A stretch of DNA of 64,000 nt from Gekko japonicus (taxonomy: Eukaryota): contig NW_015164189.1 in the NCBI RefSeq assembly GCF_001447785.1, positions 1,022,332 through 1,086,331 on the forward strand, read 5' to 3'. The notes under the pieces are model-generated. The model searched no databases. It was given only the letters and a program-made list of their open reading frames with translations, and had not been told where the DNA came from. The translations under genes were made by a program, and so were the position numbers. Numbering within the stretch: position 1 is the first letter of the stretch; each line of letters begins with the position of its first letter. Shown here piece after piece: positions 39,181-48,801 of the stretch.

Positions 39181-41163
39181 TGAAATGCCATCGACAACTA
39201 CTCCTTCAGTGTGGTTCGCCAACCTTTCTTTAAGCTGGTAGTTGAGTGATTGCTTCCAACACAAGACAGTTATGAAGGCAAAAGCATTTCATTGGTTGAC
39301 AGCTCTCATTTAGTATTATTTGGCTTTTATCTTTTTGTGAAAGCTTGTTTCACTGTAGGCTATTTCCCAGTGGTAAAAATTTCACATGAAAATTGAGGTT
39401 AGAAATGACATTTTACTCCTGAAGAGAGTTTTTAATGTTCCGTGAAAGCATTCCCAGGCTTGGTCTGACCTGACACTGTATTAAACGTTAACAGAAGGAA
39501 TAAAAAATGCATTAACCTTGCACACAACCCTTTACATATGCAAAAAAAAAATTGTTTTGTTCATCCTTAGAGTTTATCATTCAAGCTACAGCTATCTGCA
39601 TATTACGTGTGTTTAAGGTCCAGTGGCTTCAGTTTGGGTCTACACTTTGTGCAGGACTGCAGTGTAAATTATTTAGTAAAAATACTTCCTTGAGAAAAAG
39701 AACACGTGCAGGTAGAGTATTTAAGCCAAGAAAAACTAATTAATATGATTAAGAAATCAGGCAGTTCTGAACAGGTTCCCATCTTGGTAAATATGGTTTT
39801 AAAGGCAACAACAAAATTGTTCGGAACTGAAAGAAACTCCAGTCAGAAGTTAATAGGGAAAATTCAATTCTGATGGTCAAGAATTTTTTTAAAGGGTTAA
39901 TTGTGTTTAGAGAAACAATAAATGTGTTAATTATTACCAGGTGCATTGTGTCTAGTTTGTTATTATAATTAGCTCATTTGTTGTGGAACAGTGACATTAG
40001 TTTTTTAAGAAAACTTTTATTTATTGTGGAACACAAGGGTCAGTCAGCAGTTGCTTTGCTTTTTTATTTTAAAAGCAGTTTTTGTGTAACATGGGTGGAT
40101 GTTCCTAGTGCAAGCAAGATTCATCCATAGGTGGTCTTAACTAGTCACGTCTGCTGTTGATGACCATTTGTTTTCCTGTTGGGAGATGCCCACATCAGAT
40201 GACAATCCACGCAACACCTCTTATTAGGACCAGCGGTAGCATGTGAGGTTTTAATTTCACTAGAACTTGTCATCAGGCTGACTGTAAAGCATTTTTTTTA
40301 ATTTTTGAGAGTCCTGTTCATGCTGTTTCGGGTTTTGCCTAGTACTTTGGGGCAAGAGGCAGTAAAACCATTCAACTCCACAACTGTTTCTAATTACGCT
40401 CTAATCCAGCAAGATTTATAATCCCTTTTGGAGAGCAGGAAACATTTGGCAATCTTTGTCTTAACTCTGGAGATAAATTAAAGATCATGTGTGAGGAATA
40501 GTCAACCAGGCCAAATTCTGTGGTTGAAGTTTTTTAATGCTTATTGAGTTTGCTTTATTGCCGCTTTCTCCAAAGAGTTGGGTGTAACTTGGAGGCAGCA
40601 CCAGTAGGAGTCACCATCACCTCCTGAGGAATGTCCCTTTCTCTTTTTAAACATTTTTGTAACATCCAGCCCGATGAAGAGTTCTATCGAACTCAAAAGC
40701 TCACACAGTGTTGTGTGTCCTTTGGCTGGCTCTAACAATGTGGATTACTGCAAGGATTGTGTTTTGATTTTTTTAAATTTTTACTGAGACTTTGGGAAGA
40801 GGATAAATAATCTGGGCATTAAAGGTCAGACTTCCGCCATTACGTGGGCACAGCCTATTTTGCTTTAAGGAGCTATGGGCATGGGAAAATGGTACTGATA
40901 CTTTCAATAAGATCTATCTCACTAGTTGCCCCGTACTTGAAACAGTTTACATGGTATAAGCAATTATCTTTTAAAGCATGCATATTTGGGTTAACTTAGT
41001 TTCTTCATCATCTAACACAAAATGTAATTTCATTCTTCACGTCCTTTGTAACATGTTACGTTTGCTTTTCTCAGCAGATACAGAACATGATCTTCGGAAA
41101 CAGGTTGAAGGCCAACTCATTGACTTCAATGTACACCTATTTTTGTATTTGACTTAAAGTGCC

Positions 41164-41302
41164 ATGAGAAAGTTTGCATATTGCAAGGTGGTCCTTGCCA
41201 CCTCGCTGGTTTGGGTCCTTTTGGATATGTTTTTGCTGCTTTACTTCAGCGAATGCAACAAATGTGATGAGAAAAAAGAACGAGGCCTACCTCCTGGGGA
41301 GG
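41164..41302 (+). CDS. GALNT1: Polypeptide N-acetylgalactosaminyltransferase 1, first coding exon (cytoplasmic tail, TM anchor, start of stem)
   Basis: GCCATG start. Translates [46 protein letters not shown], which I recognise as the vertebrate GALNT1 N-terminus. 139 nt, ending at a phase-1 GTGAG donor at 41303. The exon acceptor is at 41074 or 41077 after a pyrimidine tract. Confidence 0.97.
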
Positions 41303-41621
41303 GTGAGTTGGATGTTTTCTTAATATATTAATACCACAACTTCTGCTTAGCAGAAAAAAACCTTGATTATGCAATGACTGTTACTGGAATTAAATTGACT
41401 CGGCTGTCAAAATAAATAAAATATTAACTTTGTAGAAAAACACATTTGCTTGTTTTCTTCAAATTTCATAGGGCAGGATCAGATAGGTTTTTGTTTTTTA
41501 AAGAATTCTTTTCTTTTGAACAGAATATATACTTTGGAGTCTTGCTCAGTTTCAAAAGTTTAACATGAAATGGAGGACTTCCGTGGGAGAAACAAGTGCA
41601 AAACTTAGGCACACGGAACTA

Positions 41622-41759
41622 CCCTGTTTCCCCGAAAATAAGACCTACCCCCAAAATAAGCCCTAGCAGGATTTCTATGCATTTGTGGTATAAGCCCTAT
41701 TGTGTCTTCTTGAGAAAAAAATAAATATAAGACAGTGTCTTATTTTCGGGAAAACACGG
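41622..41759. mobile_element. Tc1/mariner-type MITE, copy 2
   Basis: TA TSDs, same TIRs, only a few differences from copy 1. Confidence 0.9.
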
Positions 41760-41969
41760 TATTACCTTGGAATGCTTTCTGTAGCTCATAACAGCTGAAA
41801 GGCCGTACTTTCTGCTGCAGAGGACCTCTTATGAGGGGCAATGGTAAAGCTATATAAAAAGTGGGCTGTGGTAAACAGAGGCAAAATAAGCTCTGAAGAG
41901 ACAAGCTGCGTCTTGTATTTGCGAGTATTTACTGTCAACAGTCAGAATACGTATTGTTTGCACAAGAAT

Positions 41970-42880
41970 TCAGGAAGTGCACTCCTGGATCCGACTGAAG
42001 GTCCAGCATTCTGTTTCTCACTATCCTGAAACAAGCAGGGTGTGGAAACCGAGGGATCCACCTTGCTTCCAGGCAGCTGGCGTTCAGAGATATTCTGCCT
42101 CTGAACATAACTTAGCAAGTAACTGTTGATGGACTTCTCTAATCCCTTTTAATGGCATTCACTGTCATTTTGTGGCAGGAAATTCCGTAGTTTGTGTTGT
42201 TAGAAGAAGCACTTTCTTTTGTGTCTCCTTAATTAACTGCCCATCAACTTCACTGGATGCCCTGGGTTGTAGTATAAAAAAGGGGGGGGGGATGTGTAAT
42301 ATTATAAACCTCTGTCACATCCCTCCCAGTAGGTTCTATCTAACCTGGAAAGTCCCCAGATTTTTCACCTTTACTCATGAGGAATACACTACCCATTTAA
42401 GATTTTGCTTGCCCTTTTCTGCACACCGTCTAGCCCTGAAATATACCCTTTTTTGAGAAGTGGTGATGCAAATTGCAACAAGCACACTTGTTGTTAGCTC
42501 TACAACTTAACCTCTGTTTGACTCAGTTCTTCATGCTTCCTCTGCACAAGCAGTGTTTCAGAATGGTTAACTGTCTGACGTCTTCTACAGCAAAGACTGA
42601 TGCAAAGAATTCATTCAGCTTCTCTGCAATTTCCCTGCCCGCCTTAAACAGGCCTTTTAGAACATTCTTGTCTGCTTGTTCAACTGTGTTTCTCATGTGT
42701 TTCTGGGTGCTGGATGCATTTAGAGAGGGTTTTGTCTCGGCCCCCCCCCCCCATATGCTTTGCAAATGCTCTCTTCTTATGCCTTATCAAATAACATCTG
42801 TTTTGTCAGACACTGTGTAGCTCCTTACTTGTCTCATTTGGGCAAGAATCTGCTGTTTAAAGAAAGCATGATTGCTTTTT
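41970..42880 (-). mobile_element. Old CR1 remnants
   Basis: AEKLNEFFASVFAVED motif in the minus-strand ORF 42523-42765. Confidence 0.55.
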
Positions 42881-42904
42881 ACTGTTTTGACTTTTCTTGT
42901 GAAC

Positions 42905-43110
42905 AGTGTAGGTATTTATAGTTTGCATACGTTGTTTAACAAACTGATTGGCCTATAATTAGAAGGATCCTCCTTTTTGCCCTTTCTATAAAAGGGAACT
43001 ACTATGGCTGTACCCAAAGACTTGGGAATACAGCCTGAATTGTCAAAATATGTGAAAAGGGGAGTTAAAAATGAGGCCCACCAGTCCTTATTCTCTTTCA
43101 GGAGTGTATT
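42905..43110 (-). mobile_element. Non-LTR RT fragment
   Basis: AIVVPFYRKGKKEDPSNYRPISLLNNVCKL. Confidence 0.75.
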
Positions 43111-43679
43111 TATATTGATGATATGCATCTGGGAGGTACAGGTTTGAATCTCCACTCTGCTGTGGAAGCTTGCTGGGTGACCTTGGGTTAGTCACTCTCT
43201 CAGTTTAACCTACCTCACAGGGGTGGTTCTTGTAAGATACAATGGAGGAGGAGGGGAATGATTTTGTAAGCTGCTGATATAATGGAGGAGGAGGAGAATG
43301 AGGTCGTAAGCTGCTTTGGGTCCCCATTAGGAAGAAAATCAGGGTACTTAAGTAAATAAACAAGCTTCCGTTTGCATAAATGCTGACTAGCACTGTGGTC
43401 ATTGTTTCAAACTGTTTCAACAATGCTTATATTTAGTACAGGTCCTGAGTGTAACTTAGTAGTAAGTCAAGGGGCATCTTCTCTTTAGTTGATACCATGA
43501 CTGACTGCGTGAATTCCAGATGCAGCTGCCCTACCTGTGTTATTAATGGTAATGATATATTAATGGAAAGCTGCCCTGAGGACTAGGCAGACAACAGGAC
43601 TAAAACTTTGCATTTCAGTGGTGACCATACTGTTATTTGGGGGAGCCAATATAAGGGGAAAGGCTCAGCATTGCCTTTC

Positions 43680-45513
43680 TTTCTTTCTTTTTTTTTGAGT
43701 CCCCGGAGGGGATTTTTTATTATTTTTAATATCACTACAAAAACTACAACAGAAGAAAAAGGAAGGGAAACTACATTTATGGGACAAAGTAAAAAATCCA
43801 CTACTAACTAAAAACCCAAGAGAGTTTTTACTCCTACTAGCTTAGTTACATCAAGTCTTCCCATCATTGATCCCATTACAAACTGAGTCAAACATTTAAA
43901 GTACTTTTCCTTTAAAGCTTAAAATTTAACTGTCTAAACACAGTACCCCCGATCATCTCATTTCAAAGTTCTCAAAGGCACAATTCAGAGTCCTTCAGCC
44001 TTTACTTCTCCTTTCCCCTTCTCTTCCGTAACTTGTAAGGACTTTTCGGGGCCGCTGCCCCTTGCTCTGCAGAGAGTCCTCTCCGGAAGAACCCAAGTCT
44101 AGCTCGCCACTGGACTTGCTGTCCTCTTCTTTTTTGCCGTCCTCTGACTTTCCCAACTGGACCCTTAGACATTCTTGAGCTTTCATAACACAGTCAATCT
44201 TTTCTTTTTTATCTTTAATCTTGAAGGTGACGCCTTCTGGAAATAACCATTTATATCTAATTGAATTTGTCTGAAGAAAAAGCACAAGTTCTTTATACTT
44301 CTTTCTCCGTTGTCTTACTTCAAATCGAATGTCCTTTAATACTCTGATAGTATTCTCTCCCACTTTCAGGGGTATTCCAGAAACCACTTTCAGGATTGCA
44401 TCCCTCACATGCCTCTTCGAGAATCTTACAACAATTTCCCCAGGCAGATTGTTTTTCTTTATATAGCCTGAATATGATCTATAGACCACATCCATATCTC
44501 TCAGCAACGATTCCACCTTCATCTCTGTCACTGGGACTAATAATTTGCTCATCACTTCTTTAAGATTCTCCCCTTTATTCTCTGGCATGCCCTGGAAGCG
44601 AAGGATCATGTTGGCCTTTTCCATTTGCAGTTGCAGCAGCTGATCTTCCGTGGAGCTTTGTTTCCTTTCCAGCTTTTGCACTTTTTTCTTCACCTTTTGA
44701 GTAACTGCAACCACCTCGTTTACCTTCTCAGTATTTTGTTTCATCATTTGCAATGTCTCATTTATCTGGGTTTGTTGAGAGGAAATACATTGAGTCATTG
44801 TTGACATCTGTTCCTTGAAGTTAGTCAGCTGTTCCAGCAGAGGGCGCATGTACTCCACTATAGACCTTGCCACCTCACTGGTAGCTTCCGGTTTCGGGCT
44901 CTCAGTCCCTTTTGATTTCAAAAGGTTTTCTTTGTCCTTCTTCCCCGCCATCTTTATCGTTTGTTTACTTTCACAATTTTTAAAAAAGTCTTTGAATATG
45001 CGCTTGAATGCTTGAACTCGCTCTGGTAAGTACTTCTAGACAGTTTCTTTCGCGTTTTCTTCCGCTCCCCCCCTCAGATGTTCAAAAGTTAATGCGAATG
45101 GGAGGCGTCCCTCCCCCGCTCGCCTTTTTCCCGTTCAGTGGGGTGGGGTGGGGAGCTATCCTTTTTTCTTTTAAATCGCTTTATAACTGACTCACGTTCA
45201 TAGTTGGTCTTTCAACCTCGCTTTCAGCTTCATTTCTGATGCTCGATCTCCTGCACTTGCCCCGGTCAGCGTCACTTAAGTCCATTTGGTCTCACAGCAC
45301 GTAGGACCGTCAGAACGAAGAGGTGCCTCAATTCTCCGGCATTCCGCCATCGAAGAGGTCACCACTTTGAAGTTCTATGGCCAGGGTCCCTTCGCCGGGC
45401 CCCTGGGGGGGGTTAGCGAGCCTGCGCACCCCCTCCTTCGGCTGGAGCACAGCTTCACCCCCGGGAGGTCTGGGAGGTGAGTCTGCTAGTGCCGCCATAA
45501 ACCGGAAGTCCCA
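43680..45513 (-). mobile_element. ORF1-only L1 derivative (HAL1-like), full length, about 1.83 kb
   Basis: 11-bp TSD CATTGCCTTTC (43669-43679 and 45514-45524); 5' end GGGACTTCCGG; CpG-rich 5' UTR; a single ORF; about 300-nt 3' UTR with AATAAA and an A-rich tail; no ORF2. Confidence 0.9.
43995..44951 (-). CDS. Intact L1 ORF1p-like protein (318 aa) of the HAL1-like element
   Basis: AAGATGG start, coiled coil, ILRFQGMPE, NLPGEIVVRF and IRYKWLFPEGVTF, all aligning with the L1 ORF1 at 20284-21092; no stops or frameshifts. Confidence 0.88.
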   Translation of the reverse strand: MAGKKDKENLLKSKGTESPKPEATSEVARSIVEYMRPLLEQLTNFKEQMSTMTQCISSQQTQINETLQMMKQNTEKVNEVVAVTQKVKKKVQKLERKQSSTEDQLLQLQMEKANMILRFQGMPENKGENLKEVMSKLLVPVTEMKVESLLRDMDVVYRSYSGYIKKNNLPGEIVVRFSKRHVRDAILKVVSGIPLKVGENTIRVLKDIRFEVRQRRKKYKELVLFLQTNSIRYKWLFPEGVTFKIKDKKEKIDCVMKAQECLRVQLGKSEDGKKEEDSKSSGELDLGSSGEDSLQSKGQRPRKVLTSYGREGERRSKG

Positions 45514-47589
45514 CATTGCCTTTCAAGTACAATTGGCATCATGCACAAACCTGTTTCTTCTTGCTGCCATTTCCGATGGAAGCTTAAATAAAATTCAGCA
45601 AGTCTACCAGGTAATGTTATAATATATTCTGGATGACTTTTGCCAATGATTAAACTAGCAGCCTTTATTACTGCTTTAGCTATGCTTACACACTAAATTG
45701 AAATTTTGAAAGGCTTGCTATTAGAAATGCCTCCTTGCTTGCTGGAATGAATAATATATTCTTCATGAGCATCCCACTGACTGTAACCATCATGTCAGGT
45801 AGGAGAACCTGCCACACTTTGGTGTGCTTGCCCTGATGTTCACGATAACGGGCACCAGATGCAAAAGACCTGACATGGCACCTTTCCACAGTGCAGATTG
45901 TTCTGTGCTACCGCTGACAGTCTTTGAACTTTTCAGTTATTATATAAGGATGATATACTTTGCTACCATTGTTCAGTTTGACAGAAAACAATTTATTGCA
46001 TCAGGTAAATGTTGCAAAATGGAGCAATAGGCTTTATATAAAAGAAAATGGGGTATGTCTTTTCTACTATGGAAGTAGATTTCAGTTAACACCACTCAGT
46101 TAAATATTCACATAGCATTAAAAGAAATTTTTGACTTGTGTAATTTCTATAGCAGGGCACAACCTCAGTAGAAACTTAGTTTAATCTTAGCTTAGTTGAC
46201 AGACTGGTAAGCAATGTGGGATGCTGGTTTTTGTGCCAATCACTTCAGTTCTGCTTTCTTTCCAGATATTTGGTAGTGCCTTGCTTAGATTGTGAAACTT
46301 CCTTTTTTCCATTTCACATTGTTGAATATATTTGCCTAATGGGTTGTTATATTGTGTGGGCATGCAGTTGCTTTTACAAAAGGAAAGCAAGCAATTCAGA
46401 GCTAGACTTTCTTGCTTGAGAATACATTTCTGTATGCGTTTATTGTAATTGCTATCTCTTCCTGTTTCAAAATGGTGCTGTCCAGATAATTACTGAAGTT
46501 TCTTAAGCTGGTGCAATATAAAGTACTAGCTTTCTTCTGACCTATAGTAGTCATCTAAAATCTGTTATCACAATTTGGCAACTTCTTCTCTTATAGTTTC
46601 AGAGTTTCAGCAGAGGTCAGATTACATCTGCTCAATAGAACAAATACTTGCTACAGCTTTAGTAGTACAAGACAATGCCACATTTGCTCATACTTTATTT
46701 CTCCTGGCCTAGTTTTGCTACCCCAACCAGTGTTCAGGCTTCTTGATAAAAAAAAAATCCTGATTCCTGACTTTGTACAGTGAATTCTTTTGTTTTTCAT
46801 CCTGGTGACAATTCCAACTTCCTTATAGTTCTTGATCTTGTGCATGGAAGCAACAGAACTACTGGAGCTGATATTTCTCACTTAACTGCAGAGAGACTGT
46901 TTTATTTAAGAAATTTTCATACTGCTTTCCTAGAACTGCTTGAGGCAGCTCACAAGTGTATAACAGAACTAATCTGTTTTATTGTCTGTTTGGGTAGGTG
47001 GATGAAGGAGAGTGGTAGACATCAACACTATGTACCTTTAAAAATGAAACTAATTTAAGATAGTTTGTGATGTTTTATGGCACTGCAGTGGGTTGAGTCC
47101 CTAGAGCATTTCTGTGTTGGCAAAGTGAAGAGAGACCGACCATTGGACACTTACCGTGAAGGGTCCTTCTCCTCTGAGGACAGGAGGACATCTCCATGGG
47201 TTATTCCCACCGTGCCTTTAGGGAGGCAGGAAATAGTTTTTTCCCCTTCCTGTTGGCGCCTCCAGAATAGCCCATCTCCAGTTCTGGGACTCCGAAAGCA
47301 GTGCCTGTAGCCTGAAATAACTGGCCTTGCTCTATAAAATATAACTTTGAACATTAACCTCAACATGTAACAACCCAACTCTGCAGGATAGAGAAACCCC
47401 AGAGTAAGAGTAATAACGTGAGAGAGAAGAAATCAGCACAGAGAAATAAAAGCAGAGAAAGATGACAGTGGGATGGCCGAGATGTCCTCCTGTCCTCAGA
47501 GGAGAAGGACCCTTCACGGTAAGTGTCCAATGGTCGTTCTCCCTCTGAGGTGGAGGACATCTCCATGGGACCTCCCCGAGCAGTGTCCC

Positions 47590-48801
47590 TCATTTGGGTG
47601 GGTCGTCATATTCCTCCAATGCGACGGTGTGCTGAAGAACTCTTCTCCCGAAAGCTGCATCTGCGGATGCCACAGTGTGAATCTTGTAGTGTCTTGTAAA
47701 GGTAGAGATGGAGGACCACGTCGCAGCTCTACAGATTTCCTCCACTGATGCCCTGTTAGACAATGCTGCGTTGGTTGCTGCACTTCTCAGAGAATGTGCC
47801 ATGATGCCACTGAGGGGATCATGTCCTGAAGCCCGGTAAGCCTCCACGATGCAGGACTTCAGAACTGAGCTGATAGTTGATCTAGACATCTTTTCCCCTT
47901 TGCATGGAGGGGAAATACCTATGAAGAGAGATTCAGTCTTTCTCCAAGACTCTGTCCTTGCAATGTAAATTTTGAGAGCTCTTTTAATGTCTAAGGTATG
48001 CCAGAGATGTTCCTTAGGGTGTTTGGGGTGAGGACAGAAGGTGGGTAGACATATTTCTTGTGACCGGTGAAATCTGGAATCAATCTTGGGTCGGAATGTA
48101 GGATCTGTAAGAAGCACCACCTTGTCCTTGTGGAACATGCAGCAGGATGACTTTACTGACAATGCTCCGAGTTCAGAAACTCTCCTTGCCGACGTGATGG
48201 CAATGAGAAACAAGGTCTTCATTCTCAGCCATTTCAGACCGACCTCCATGAGAGGTTCAAATGGCACTTTCATGAGAGTGTCAAGCACAATGTTCAATCT
48301 CCACGTAGGAAAACGATGCGTTTGTGGAGGAGATTTGGCCACAGCTCCCTGCAAAAATAAACGAATATTGGGGTGCTTGGTAATCTTGAAACCCCCCAAA
48401 GAAGGTAGGACCGTTGACAGGGCTGCTAGTTGTCTACGGAGAGTGGAAGCTTGGAGACCTGCATGAAATCCGTCCTGCAAGAACGACAGGAGCGAAGCTA
48501 CAGATGGAGATAGCGGAGGTACCTTTTTGCGCCTGCACCATCTGACGAAGGCCTTCCAGGTGGTGGTGTATATACGAGCCGTGGATTTCCGTCTGGAAGC
48601 CATGATGGTGTCCATAACCTGGGTAGAGAATCCCAACTCTGCTAAGCTGTGCCGTTCAATCTCCACGCGGTCAGACATAATCAGGCCGGATCCGGATGCC
48701 ACACTGGCTCCTGGGAGAGCATGTCCAGAGACACCGGTAGGACCAACAGTGGAAGGATCGACATCTTCTGCAGTGCCAAAAACCATGGACGTCTTGCCCA
48801 C
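47590..48801 (-). CDS. DIRS tyrosine recombinase (open frame, overlapping the MT ORF; true start uncertain)
   Basis: ITSARRVSEL (catalytic R), AHSLRSAA (HxxR), AATWSS and FTRHY (catalytic Y); no internal stop. Confidence 0.85.
   Translation of the reverse strand: MGKTSMVFGTAEDVDPSTVGPTGVSGHALPGASVASGSGLIMSDRVEIERHSLAELGFSTQVMDTIMASRRKSTARIYTTTWKAFVRWCRRKKVPPLSPSVASLLSFLQDGFHAGLQASTLRRQLAALSTVLPSLGGFKITKHPNIRLFLQGAVAKSPPQTHRFPTWRLNIVLDTLMKVPFEPLMEVGLKWLRMKTLFLIAITSARRVSELGALSVKSSCCMFHKDKVVLLTDPTFRPKIDSRFHRSQEICLPTFCPHPKHPKEHLWHTLDIKRALKIYIARTESWRKTESLFIGISPPCKGEKMSRSTISSVLKSCIVEAYRASGHDPLSGIMAHSLRSAATNAALSNRASVEEICRAATWSSISTFTRHYKIHTVASADAAFGRRVLQHTVALEEYDDPPK

Noticed and set aside
43995-44951. 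Domesticated L1TD1-like host gene
   Set aside because: The ORF sits inside a TSD-flanked, poly(A)-tailed unit with a second family member nearby, so it is a mobile element.
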